Part shown: piece by piece, positions 50,392-59,119 of the stretch
How positions within the stretch are numbered: position 1 is the first letter of the stretch
How the letters are laid out: the number at the start of each line of letters is the position of its first letter
Source: Syntrophorhabdaceae bacterium
Lineage (GTDB): Bacteria > Desulfobacterota > Syntrophorhabdia > Syntrophorhabdales > Syntrophorhabdaceae
Assembly (NCBI GenBank): GCA_963665295.1
Contig: OY762209.1
Coordinates: forward strand, 1,952,001-2,016,000
DNA length: 64,000 nucleotides
Reading direction: 5' to 3'
Position numbers and translations under genes: made by a program
Notes under the pieces: generated by a model
Seen by the model: only the letters and a program-made list of their open reading frames with translations
The model's database searches: none
Told to the model about the DNA's origin: nothing

Positions 50392-50907
50392 ATAGCAAAG
50401 GACAGTAAGGACGTTAACATTAACGAAAAGATCAGGGTGCGGGAAGTAAGGTTGATCGCCGCGGACGGGGCCCAGTTGGGCGTAGTCCCCACGATCGATG
50501 CGATGAGAATGGCGAGAGAACAGGAATTGGATCTTGTGGAGGTCTCTCCTAACGCGGCGCCCCCCGTATGCAAGATAATGGACTACGGGAAATTCAAGTA
50601 TCAGGTTGCGAAAAAGGCCGCGGAAGCGAAGAAGAAACAGACCACGATTCAGCTCAAGGAAATGAAGCTCGGCTTGAAGATCGAGGAACACGATCTCATG
50701 TTCAAGGTAAAACACATACGTGATTTTCTTGAGGCGGGAGACAAGGTCAAGATCATAATAATGTTCAAAGGCAGGGAAGTCCTCCATGTGGATATGGGGG
50801 AGAAGATGGCCAAAGATATAATAGAGGGTTTGAAAGATGTAGGCGACCTGGAACAAAAGCCACGATTTGACGGAAGAAACATCGTCATGGTTTTTGCTCC
50901 ACTATAG
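50392..50907 (+). CDS. infC: Translation initiation factor IF-3 (probable ATA start)
   Basis: INEKIR..EVRLI, LDLVEVSP.A.PPVCKIMDYGKFKY, GDKVK; AGGAGG is 8 nt upstream of ATA 50392. Confidence 0.95.
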   Translation: MAKDSKDVNINEKIRVREVRLIAADGAQLGVVPTIDAMRMAREQELDLVEVSPNAAPPVCKIMDYGKFKYQVAKKAAEAKKKQTTIQLKEMKLGLKIEEHDLMFKVKHIRDFLEAGDKVKIIIMFKGREVLHVDMGEKMAKDIIEGLKDVGDLEQKPRFDGRNIVMVFAPL

Positions 50908-50918
50908 AGGAGGATTAA

Positions 50919-51116
50919 ATGCCAAAAGTAAAGACACACAGAGGATTAGCGAAGCGGGTGAAAGTGACCGCAAAGGGCAAGATCAAGAGATCGAAGGCTT
51001 ACCATAGCCATCTCCTGTCTTCCAAATCACCGAAAGAGAAACGGAGACTGTCGAGAGCCGACACGGTTCATCCCACTGATGCAAAGAGAATCAGATCGCT
51101 GATACCTTACCTATAA
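50919..51116 (+). CDS. rpmI: 50S ribosomal protein L35
   Basis: [20 protein letters not shown], ends IPYL. Confidence 0.96.
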   Translation: MPKVKTHRGLAKRVKVTAKGKIKRSKAYHSHLLSSKSPKEKRRLSRADTVHPTDAKRIRSLIPYL

Positions 51117-51135
51117 TAATTTTGAGGAGCAGAAC

Positions 51136-51504
51136 ATGCCAAGGGCGAAAAGAGGAGTTAAAGCTAGAAGAAGAAGGAATAAGATATTAAAGCTGGCGAG
51201 GGGTATGTATGAGAGCAGGAGAACTACATACAGCGTAGCCAAGCGCGCCGTCTTCAAGGCGCTGAAGTATGCATACGCCGGAAGAAAGCAGAAGAAGAGG
51301 GAATACAGAGCCCTTTGGATCGTGAGGATCAATGCGGCGTGCAGACCGTTGGGCATAACCTACAGCAGATTCATAAATGGATTGAAGGCCGCCAACATCG
51401 GGCTTAACCGCAAGTCGCTTGCCGATATGGCGGTGAACGATCCTTCAGGATTCGAGTATGTGGTAAACAAGGTTAAAGAGACGGTTGCCGGCGTATCGGC
51501 TTAA
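51136..51504 (+). CDS. rplT: 50S ribosomal protein L20
   Basis: [39 protein letters not shown]. Confidence 0.97.
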   Translation: MPRAKRGVKARRRRNKILKLARGMYESRRTTYSVAKRAVFKALKYAYAGRKQKKREYRALWIVRINAACRPLGITYSRFINGLKAANIGLNRKSLADMAVNDPSGFEYVVNKVKETVAGVSA

Positions 51505-51506
51505 TT

Positions 51507-51560
51507 AAGGTCCGGAAGGGAGGCTGAGGAAAGCGTACTCAATTGACTTCCGGACTTTTT
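51507..51560 (+). terminator. Hairpin plus U-tract between rplT and pheS
   Basis: AAGGTCCGGAAG ... CTTCCGGACTTTTT with a long loop. Confidence 0.55.
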
Positions 51561-51605
51561 AGTTGGGAGACAAGGCTTACCGGTTCGATTCAATAAAGGT
51601 GGATC

Positions 51606-52616
51606 TTGAATATAGAAGAGCTGAGAGAGAAGGTCGAAAGCGGAATTCTGTCCGTAAAGACCATTGATGACCTGAAGAATCTGAAGCTGTCCCTTCTGGG
51701 GAGAAAGGGGCTTTTTGCCGAGTATCTTGAAGGCTTGAAGTCCCTCGACAAAGAGGAGAGAAAAGCCTTCGGCAAGGAGATAAACACCCTCAAATCCACT
51801 GCGGAAGGAAGGCTTAAAGGGCTTGAGGAGCGGTTCGTCGAGGAAGAGAAGAAGAAGGAGCAGGAAAGGTCATGGATTGATATCACCATGCCCGGCAAAG
51901 TTCCCGTGGTAGGGCGGAAACACCCGATAACCCGGACTTTTGACGAGATAATCCGTATTTTTTCCTCCCTCGGGTTCTCCGTGGCCGAAGGGCCGAACAT
52001 AGAGACGGAGCACTACAATTTCGAGGCGTTGAACATACCGAAGGACCATCCCGCGAGGGATATGCAGGACACATTTTATGTGAAACCGGGTGTGGTGCTC
52101 CGCACCCATACATCCCCCATGCAGGTAAGGGTGATGGAGTCACAGCTTCCTCCAGTGAGGATCATTTCCCCGGGGTCCGTGTACAGGTGCGATCAGGACG
52201 TCTCCCATACGCCCATGTTCCACCAGGTGGAGGGACTGATGGTGGACAAAGGGGTGAGATTTTCCGACCTCAAGGGCATTCTTACTGTCTTCATCCATGA
52301 GATGTTCGGCGAGAATACACCCGTCAGGTTCAGGCCGAGTTACTTCCCCTTTACCGAACCTTCCGCGGAGATCGACATAGGATGCGTCATATGCACGGGC
52401 GCGGGATGCAGGCTCTGCAAAGAGACGGGCTGGCTTGAAATCCTCGGTTCCGGCGTAGTCCACCCCCAGGTGCTGAGGGGCGTGGGGTATGATCCGGAAG
52501 AGGTGAGCGGCTTCGCCTTCGGCATGGGAGTCGAGCGGATCGCCATGCTCAGGTACGGAGTGGACGACATACGGCAATTCTACTATAATGACACAAGATT
52601 TCTTTCCCAGTTCTGA
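51606..52616 (+). CDS. pheS: Phenylalanyl-tRNA synthetase alpha subunit
   Basis: HPARDMQDTF, LRTHTSP, HTPMFHQVEG, FPFTEPS, GFAFGMGVER. Confidence 0.97.
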   Translation: MNIEELREKVESGILSVKTIDDLKNLKLSLLGRKGLFAEYLEGLKSLDKEERKAFGKEINTLKSTAEGRLKGLEERFVEEEKKKEQERSWIDITMPGKVPVVGRKHPITRTFDEIIRIFSSLGFSVAEGPNIETEHYNFEALNIPKDHPARDMQDTFYVKPGVVLRTHTSPMQVRVMESQLPPVRIISPGSVYRCDQDVSHTPMFHQVEGLMVDKGVRFSDLKGILTVFIHEMFGENTPVRFRPSYFPFTEPSAEIDIGCVICTGAGCRLCKETGWLEILGSGVVHPQVLRGVGYDPEEVSGFAFGMGVERIAMLRYGVDDIRQFYYNDTRFLSQF

Positions 52617-52625
52617 GGTAATATC

Positions 52626-55010
52626 GTGAGAATCCCGTTTGAGTGGCTGAAAGAGTTTGTAGTGATCGAGATGGACCCCCATGAATTAGCGTCGAAGCTC
52701 ACCATGAGGGGCCTTGAAGTAGAGGCGGTGGAAGACGTGACGCCGTCTTTCGAGGGCGTGGTCATAGGGCAAATCCTTACCATGGAGAAACATCCGCAGG
52801 CAGACAAGCTTTCCCTGTGCAAAGTCGACACGGGAAAGGAACCCCTTTCCATAGTCTGCGGGGCCGATAATATCTCGGTGGGAGACAGGGTGCCGGTGGC
52901 GGTAGTGGGCGCCCGTCTGGGCGGCGATTTTCTGATCGAGAGAAGACCGATCAGAGGAGTGGAATCCGAGGGGATGCTTTGTTCCGAAAAGGAACTGGGG
53001 ATCTCGGATGACCATAGCGGTATCTTTTTGCTCCCTGATGATTTCGAGGTAGGGACTATGCTCGCCGACGCTCCGGGTATCCGTGACGTGATCCTCGACG
53101 TAAGCGTGCCTCCCAACCGGGGCGACTGCCTGTCCGTATACGGCATCGCGCGGGAAGTGGGGAGCATCCTGAAACAAAAGGCGAAACTCCCCGATTTCAA
53201 GCTTGACAAAGGGGAAGGAAGCATCAGGGACGCCATATCCCTCCAAATAGATGACACCGGTGCATGCCCGAGGTACGTGCTGAGGATGCTTAACGGCATC
53301 TCCATTGTGCGTTCGCCCTTCTGGATGAGGAACAGGATCGCAAAAGCGGGCATGAGGCCCATCAACTCCATTGTCGATGTGACCAACTACATCATGCTCG
53401 AACTCGGCCAGCCCCTTCATTCCTTCGATTACGAAAAGATCCGGGGGAGGAAGATCGAGGTGAGAGTCGCTGACAAGGCTATGAAGTTCCGCACCCTTGA
53501 CGGTCAGGACCGCGACCTTGCGGCAGGAGACATTCTCATCTCGGACGGGGAAGGTCCCGTTGCCGTTGCAGGCATCATGGGCGGAGAGAATTCCGAAATC
53601 GGGCCGGATACGAAGAACGTGGCCCTGGAAAGCGCCTTTTTCAACCCCATGTACATCAGGAAGACGGCGAGAAGACTCGGCATACGGTCGGAAGCCTCGC
53701 TCAGATTCGAGAAAGGTATCGATATCGACAATACTGATTTCGCCGCGGAACGGGCCATCTACCTCATGAAAGCCATTTCAGGAGGTACGGTCGTAAAAGG
53801 GAAGCAGGAGATATACGAGAGGGCCGAGAGAAAGACGATCGAGATAAGCTTCGCGAGGATCAATGAGGTGGTGGGCACCCCCATAGAGCAACAGGAAGTG
53901 ATCAATGCCCTCAAGTCCATCGATATCTTCGTTCTCGAAGAAGGGGACGGGAAGATCAAGCTCTCCATACCACCCTTCCGGCATGATATCCTGGAGTACA
54001 TGGACCTTGTCGAAGAAGTGGCGCGCATATACGGGTACGAGCATATTCCCGTGACCATGCCGGTAATGACGGTCCAGCCTCCAAAGAGAACCGTGAGGGA
54101 GACGTACGGGGAGTTGGTGAAGGACTATCTCATATCCGCCGGTTTCCTTGAATTGATAAACTTCAGCTTTTACAGTGTCAGCGATGTGGAAAATTTCCTC
54201 ATCCCCGCCACGGACGAAAGGGCGTCATATGTGACGATCATGAACCCTCTCGCGAAGGACTACGCGATTATGCGGACCGTCATCACCCCGGGGATATTGA
54301 AGAGCGTCGCCTACAACATCAATAGGGGCTCGAAAAACCTGAGATTTTTCGAAACGGGCAAGGTGTTCATCGCCGATAAGGAGCGTGAGCTTCCCCGAGA
54401 ATATCCCTCGATTTCATTCGTAATGACGGGTAAGGACAGGGATTACTTCTGGAGGGAGACCGTTCCCGAATACGACTTCTTTGATGCGAAAGGCGTGCTC
54501 GAAGGTCTGATGGAGCGGTTCGGCATTGCCTTTACCCTCGAAAGGAGCAATGAGCCTTTTCTCAACACGAGTCGCGCCGGGGACATAATCCTGGATAACG
54601 GCACAAAGGCCGGCTGGATCGGAGAACTGAAGGACGAAGTGCTCCAGGCCTATGAAATTGAACAAAAAGTCTATTGCGTGGAGTTGAGATTTGATATACT
54701 TCTTGAGAGAGGTCCGCTCAAGGTACAGTATAAACCGATACCCAGATACCCGCAAACGTCGAGGGATTTTTCGTTTTATGCGGACGATGTAGTGCCTGTC
54801 TCGAACCTTATAGAGATCATAAAGAAGGTTTCGCCGTTGATACGCCACGTGGGGGTATTCGACATGTTCAAGAAGGAGGCGAGAAGCATCGCCCTCAGAG
54901 TGGTATTCCAGTCCTTCGAAGATACACTGAAGGACGAGACGGTGAACGAACTGCAGGATACGATTATAAAAGAACTTAGCAATATAAAAGGCGTGACGTT
55001 GAGAACGTAA
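52626..55010 (+). CDS. pheT: Phenylalanyl-tRNA synthetase beta subunit
   Basis: HPQADKL, GVESEGMLCS, PNRGDCLS, VDVTNY.MLELGQPLH.FD, DL.EEVARIYGY. Confidence 0.97.
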   Translation: MRIPFEWLKEFVVIEMDPHELASKLTMRGLEVEAVEDVTPSFEGVVIGQILTMEKHPQADKLSLCKVDTGKEPLSIVCGADNISVGDRVPVAVVGARLGGDFLIERRPIRGVESEGMLCSEKELGISDDHSGIFLLPDDFEVGTMLADAPGIRDVILDVSVPPNRGDCLSVYGIAREVGSILKQKAKLPDFKLDKGEGSIRDAISLQIDDTGACPRYVLRMLNGISIVRSPFWMRNRIAKAGMRPINSIVDVTNYIMLELGQPLHSFDYEKIRGRKIEVRVADKAMKFRTLDGQDRDLAAGDILISDGEGPVAVAGIMGGENSEIGPDTKNVALESAFFNPMYIRKTARRLGIRSEASLRFEKGIDIDNTDFAAERAIYLMKAISGGTVVKGKQEIYERAERKTIEISFARINEVVGTPIEQQEVINALKSIDIFVLEEGDGKIKLSIPPFRHDILEYMDLVEEVARIYGYEHIPVTMPVMTVQPPKRTVRETYGELVKDYLISAGFLELINFSFYSVSDVENFLIPATDERASYVTIMNPLAKDYAIMRTVITPGILKSVAYNINRGSKNLRFFETGKVFIADKERELPREYPSISFVMTGKDRDYFWRETVPEYDFFDAKGVLEGLMERFGIAFTLERSNEPFLNTSRAGDIILDNGTKAGWIGELKDEVLQAYEIEQKVYCVELRFDILLERGPLKVQYKPIPRYPQTSRDFSFYADDVVPVSNLIEIIKKVSPLIRHVGVFDMFKKEARSIALRVVFQSFEDTLKDETVNELQDTIIKELSNIKGVTLRT

Positions 55011-55019
55011 GGAGGATCC

Positions 55020-55307
55020 ATGACAAAACTGGAGATAGTCACAAATCTATATGAAAAACTAGGCTTTTCACGACGGGAGTGCGCAAATATAGTAGACGCG
55101 TTTTTCGACGCCATAAAAAAGACCCTTGCAGAAGGGGAGAATGTAAAAATATCCGGTTTCGGCAATTTTATCGTAAAACAGAAGAAGGCCCGGAGGGGGA
55201 GAAACCCGCAAACCGGAGACGAGATAGAGATTTCGGAGCGGAAAGTGCTCAATTTCAGACTGAGCCAGGTCTTGAAGGATGAAATAAACAGCAGAAGCAG
55301 AAAATGA
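55020..55307 (+). CDS. ihfA: Integration host factor alpha
   Basis: VKISGFGNF, R.GRNPQTG; conserved position after pheT. Confidence 0.93.
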   Translation: MTKLEIVTNLYEKLGFSRRECANIVDAFFDAIKKTLAEGENVKISGFGNFIVKQKKARRGRNPQTGDEIEISERKVLNFRLSQVLKDEINSRSRK

Positions 55308-55621
55308 CAGAGAATATCCCGGACAGGATGTTTTATCGGATCAAAGAGGTTTGCACCATAACCGGACTGAAACCTCACGTACTCCGGTACTGGGAGCAGG
55401 AATTCAAGGACATCAAACCGGTCAAGAGCGCCAAAGGACAGCGGCTTTATAAGAGAAAGGATCTTGACACCATCTTAACCATAAAAAATCTTTTGTACGA
55501 AAAACGGTTTACCATCGACGGGGCGAAGAAGTACCTGACGGGTCAGCGGCCCATCCTGGATGAAATCAGGGAGGAGCTGACCCAGATAGTGGAAATACTG
55601 AAAAAGGGAGACAAAATGTGA
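55304..55621 (+). CDS. MerR family regulator (ihfA-linked)
   Basis: YRIKEV..ITGLKPHVLRYWEQEF, LLYE..FTIDGA. Confidence 0.92.
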   Translation: MTENIPDRMFYRIKEVCTITGLKPHVLRYWEQEFKDIKPVKSAKGQRLYKRKDLDTILTIKNLLYEKRFTIDGAKKYLTGQRPILDEIREELTQIVEILKKGDKM

Positions 55622-56235
55622 AAAAGCTTATAGTTGTCCTCTTAGCGCTCTTTGTCTGGTCCTGCGGCGCGGGACCCGTGCATGTGGCCAAGACGGAAAA
55701 GGAAAGCATCAAGGACTCCTACAGCGAAGCCCAGTTGAGAATCCTTTACGATAAGAATAAACCGTTACTCCGTGACATTTACACGAGGCTCAAATCTTCG
55801 AAGGTGGACATCTACAAGGAAGGGATCGGTTTCACCACGTTGAAAGACGAGGAAGATGTGAGGCATTACTACCTTATGGTCAAAGTCAGACCGTCGGAAG
55901 TGGTCTTCGACGAAGGTGCGACCAAACCCGAGCAGAGATTCTCGAAGGTCATGGGCACGTATTTCGAAAAGTATTTCAACCTTGTGAACAGGACCGACAT
56001 TGAAAGGAGCGGGGCCGAGGGCCTCTGCCTGGGGATATACTGGCCCGTCCGTGATTATTCCCAATGCAAGGATAACGGCGGATTCATAGAATACATTATC
56101 GTGTACCTTTCCAGGGAAGACCTCACCGCCGTCTACGAAGGATACAAAAGCTTCGACGAAGTAGCCTCCGACGCCGAAATAATAGCCAGCCTCGGCATGA
56201 AGGCGCCGCAGCATATGCGACCCGTGTATCAGTAA
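55618..56235 (+). CDS. Hypothetical lipoprotein
   Basis: MKKLIVVLLALFVWSC signal with lipobox-like Cys; GTGA-coupled to merR. Confidence 0.75.
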   Translation: MKKLIVVLLALFVWSCGAGPVHVAKTEKESIKDSYSEAQLRILYDKNKPLLRDIYTRLKSSKVDIYKEGIGFTTLKDEEDVRHYYLMVKVRPSEVVFDEGATKPEQRFSKVMGTYFEKYFNLVNRTDIERSGAEGLCLGIYWPVRDYSQCKDNGGFIEYIIVYLSREDLTAVYEGYKSFDEVASDAEIIASLGMKAPQHMRPVYQ

Positions 56236-56337
56236 AAGGGGCTCACGTCGCCCCCTCGCCCGGCAAAGCCGGACGAGCCTCCCCCTCTCGCACGCCGTGC
56301 GTGCTGGGTGACACTTGGACTATGGGCTCACGTCGCA
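56230..56337 (+). repeat. Structured repeat family, locus 3 (single unit with both ends)
   Basis: CAGTAAAAGGGGCTCACGTCGCCCCCTCGCCCGGCAAAGCCGGACGAGCCTCCCCCTCTCGCACGCCGTGCGTGCTGGGTGACACTTGGA... Confidence 0.9.
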
Positions 56338-56444
56338 GTTCCGTCTTTCAGGCGCTCCATCTTCAGGTATTGGCTCATCCCCCACTTAGTTCCCGCAATG
56401 TGACGAAGCCGGGCCGCGACCAGCGTGAGCGCCGAATTGCCGTG
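56328..56444 (-). pseudogene. C-terminal remnant of an IS256-family transposase
   Basis: Hand translation HGNSALTLVAARLRHIAGTKWGMSQYLKMERLKD resembles the IS256-type C-terminus (FPDGNSAL.LV.ARLRH...W....Y..M..L), recalled from memory. Confidence 0.65.
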
Positions 56445-56830
56445 TTACCATAGGGCACGTAGTTGACTATCTTGACGAACAAGCCTTTCAGTGGTCATCA
56501 TTTCATCATCATGTAAGACACGGTCGTATTTCTCCGGCTCGGACACCTGCTTTACCTCGGCATAGTGGTCTTGGGTGATGTATTGCCATTTGAGGGCCGT
56601 CTTGAATGCGTCATTGAGGTGCCGGATATATGCGTTCAGGGATGTCGGCCTGCACCCCATCATGAGCACGTTATCGTGAAAGGCGTCTATGTCCCTCGGA
56701 GTGATCATGTTCATGATCTTGGTGCCCACGTGGTCTTTCAACTTGTTAAGGGCGGCTGCATTGAGGCGTACAGTCGCTTCTTCGCGGTTAGCTCGCCGGT
56801 GTTCAAGGTATTCCTTTATGAAGTCGGCTA
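56445..56830 (-). pseudogene. Tyrosine recombinase core-binding fragment, truncated at both ends
   Basis: LADFIKEYL..ATV..ITPRDIDAF..PTSLNAYIRHL..AF..A.KW.YI..RVL; no catalytic domain; 5' end cut by IS630. Confidence 0.7.
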
Positions 56831-56838
56831 GTGTCACG

Positions 56839-57539
56839 TCACTCATCTAATGTCGGATAAAGTCGCCTAAGTTTCACCCGCGCATCCTTAGTAGTAAATT
56901 GCCAGTTCACCTTTGCGTTGAGATTGTCGCGATGGGCCTGCCAGGCAGACACGGCGGAGTGGACCTCGGCGAGAGTGTCGATCCGGCGACTCAGGCATTG
57001 ATGAATGAGCACGTTAAGCTCAATCTCCGCCATATTGAGCCAGCTTCCATGTTTGGGAGTATAGACGAATTCAAAACGGTCCCAGATGCGTTTTGCCTCT
57101 TCGGGAGAAAAGGCTTCATAAAGAGAGCCTGGTTTATGGGTGTTCAGGTTATCCATGACAAGGGTGATCCTTTTGGCCTTTCCATACCGTCCTGAAAGTT
57201 CCCGGATGAACTCCGCCCAGTCGCGCTTCGTTCTCCTTTCCGATACCTTGGTCAGGCGCGTGCCCGCCAATGGTTCGTTGGCCATAAATACGGTACAGAC
57301 GCCACATCGCTCGTATTCGTAGTCGTGACGCTCGAGCCGTCCCGGAGCGCGGGGAATCGGGGTACGCGTTTCTTTGATCAGTTGTCTTGGGGTTTCATCC
57401 ATACAGACCACCGGGAATCTTTTATCATACGGGCGTTTATATACATCGAGTACGTTCTCCATGGCGGCGACGAAATCAGCATTGCCCTCCGGTGGAATGA
57501 CCCATCCTTGCTGCTTCCAGGGTTTTGTTTCGTTTTTTT
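56839..57539 (-). CDS. IS630 transposase OrfB (DDE domain), reached by frameshift
   Basis: VCMDE, VMDNLNTH, YTPKHGSWLNMAEIE; frame open from the A7 run as NETKPWKQQGWVIPP..FVAAMENVLDVY. Confidence 0.9.
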
Positions 57540-57970
57540 AAAACCCGACGCACGGTTTCATAGGAGATATTCTCGATATAATTGAGCGCTACGGCCCGGT
57601 TCGCGAGCATACGCAAGGTCCACCTCGCAAAACCTTCTGGTGGTTCGCTACAGCTCAAGGCAATGAGGTGGGCCTCGAAATCGCCATCCGCCTTCTTCTC
57701 GTAGACTCGCTCTGCTTTGTGTCCGGTAAGGGCAGTCTCAAGTCCTTCTTCCACGAATCGCTTTTTTACTCTATCTATCTTACGCATGCTGATTCGCAAC
57801 ACTGCCGATATATCCTCGTTCTTCATCGGGTGGTCCTGGAACCGGCCCTGATCGCAATTGAGAAGAACCAGCGCATTGAGCACCTTTTGGGCTTTATGAT
57901 TTCCTTTTTGCACCACGCCTTCAAGTTCCTTTCGCTCTTCTTTTTCGAGCACCACCCTATATTTTATCAT
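57476..57970 (-). CDS. IS630 transposase OrfA (HTH)
   Basis: KYRV.L..EER.EL, RF.EEGLE.AL, CS.PPEG.ARWTLR.LA, S.ETVRRVLKK. Confidence 0.9.
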   Translation of the reverse strand: MIKYRVVLEKEERKELEGVVQKGNHKAQKVLNALVLLNCDQGRFQDHPMKNEDISAVLRISMRKIDRVKKRFVEEGLETALTGHKAERVYEKKADGDFEAHLIALSCSEPPEGFARWTLRMLANRAVALNYIENISYETVRRVLKKRNKTLEAARMGHSTGGQC

Positions 57971-58043
57971 TCGGACCTCCCCATGGTGAAATTTAACCCT
58001 TGAGGAGATTCTATATCATACTATACGACATTACAAGTGTGAT

Positions 58044-58379
58044 GTGACACTAGGTTTCATTTTAGTTTCAGCCACATTTCTATCTTCTTGCGCCACGATG
58101 GAGACGGCCTACCATGGATATGTGATGAGAGGGAGCATCGTCGACGTGGTCGATTCCGAAGCCTACCTGTGCATAGGGTCAGCGGATGGCGCCAGGGTCG
58201 GGCAGGAGTTGAACGTGCACAGGATCAGACAGTCCTCGACGAATCCTAAGATGCCCTCGTTCCAAAGGATTGATGTGGGTAAAGTCAAGATTACGGCGAT
58301 TGTGGATGAACATTTTGCGAAGGCACTCGTCGTTTCCGGAAATGTGGAGAAGAATGATATCGTGGAGCTGAAGCAATAG
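58044..58379 (+). CDS. Small lipoprotein (FlgT C-terminal-like beta domain), 5' end cut by IS630
   Basis: LSSC lipobox, YLCIGS.DGA.VGQ.L.V, GKVKI..I..EHFA.A; the GTG start lies inside the IS IR. Confidence 0.6.
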   Translation: MTLGFILVSATFLSSCATMETAYHGYVMRGSIVDVVDSEAYLCIGSADGARVGQELNVHRIRQSSTNPKMPSFQRIDVGKVKITAIVDEHFAKALVVSGNVEKNDIVELKQ

Positions 58380-58408
58380 AAACTGCCGAAGAAGAGAAGA
58401 GGTAAACA

Positions 58409-58446
58409 GAGGCAAGGGGAAGCCTGGCGGGCTTCCCCTTGCCCTC
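58409..58446. terminator. Long hairpin between convergent genes
   Basis: GGCAAGGGGAAGCC-TGGCG-GGCTTCCCCTTGCC, 14-bp perfect stem; no clear U-tract. Confidence 0.6.
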
Positions 58447-58454
58447 ATGAGAGT

Positions 58455-58670
58455 TTACTGGCCTCTGTTGACTTTCTGCCAGTCGCCTGAACCACCTGTC
58501 ACTCCGGTGAAATAGTTTCCGGAAGTCGTGGGGCTGCACGAGTTTTCGCCGGGGCCCGAGCACGATCCGCACGACTGCTGCGCCGTACTGGCGGCAATGG
58601 TTACTCCTATCATTCCCACAAACATCATAACTGCAACTGCCATGGCTATTGCGAAACGTCTGATTTTCAT
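58455..58670 (-). CDS. Small secreted Cys/Gly/Ser-rich protein (71 aa)
   Basis: GGAGG RBS, clear signal peptide, CGSC..C in the mature part. Confidence 0.65.
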   Translation of the reverse strand: MKIRRFAIAMAVAVMMFVGMIGVTIAASTAQQSCGSCSGPGENSCSPTTSGNYFTGVTGGSGDWQKVNRGQ

Positions 58671-58744
58671 TCTTTCCTCCCGGTATAGTCCGCCTTGAGG
58701 CGGCTTTTGCTATGGTGCTGAGATGGTGAATTCGGAGGATCTCA

Positions 58745-59119
58745 TCAACAGAGCAGACGTTGAGTCACAAGAAAGACCGGTCTTGAATTGCCGTGTTGCG
58801 TAACCGTGTTGGCCGTGCCGTCAACCGAAAGCTGCGAAAAACGGCTTCCGGCGGTACCGCCGCTGTCCGTGCATCCGGGCATCGAAGAGGGTACGGAAAT
58901 GTATATTGCCTCCGCTGGCACGGCCCCGGCCGGCGTCTTGCACAGAATCATGGTGCCGCACGGCGCGTCGCACCCGTGCTGGTGATGAGGCATGCCGTAC
59001 GAAACGGCGCACCCATACCCGGAGCTGTCGGCGGCGAAGCAGGCCGTCCCCGACATGAGCCAAACCCCTATCAGTAGTGCTGCAAAAAGCGGGAATCCTC
59101 CTGATGGTCCCCGTTTCAT
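58745..59119 (-). CDS. Exported Cys/His-rich accessory protein (124 aa) coupled to cusA
   Basis: ATG 59119 overlaps the cusA stop (ATGA); signal peptide, MPHHQHGCDAPC, ends RPVFLVTQRLLC. Confidence 0.65.
   Translation of the reverse strand: MKRGPSGGFPLFAALLIGVWLMSGTACFAADSSGYGCAVSYGMPHHQHGCDAPCGTMILCKTPAGAVPAEAIYISVPSSMPGCTDSGGTAGSRFSQLSVDGTANTVTQHGNSRPVFLVTQRLLC

Larger units (their letters stand above)
56831..58050 (-). mobile_element. IS630 family IS with two ORFs joined by a -1 frameshift
   Basis: IRs GTGTCACGTCACTCATCTAATGTCGGATA / GTGTCACATCACACTTGTAATGTCGTATA (24/29); CTAG/TA at both ends. Confidence 0.92.

Noticed and set aside
51505..51605. pheM-like attenuator before pheS
   Set aside because: A hairpin is present but there is no Phe-rich leader ORF.
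55621..56340. tRNA-Pro often found after ihfA-merR
   Set aside because: No tRNA sequence; a lipoprotein gene and the repeat occupy the position.
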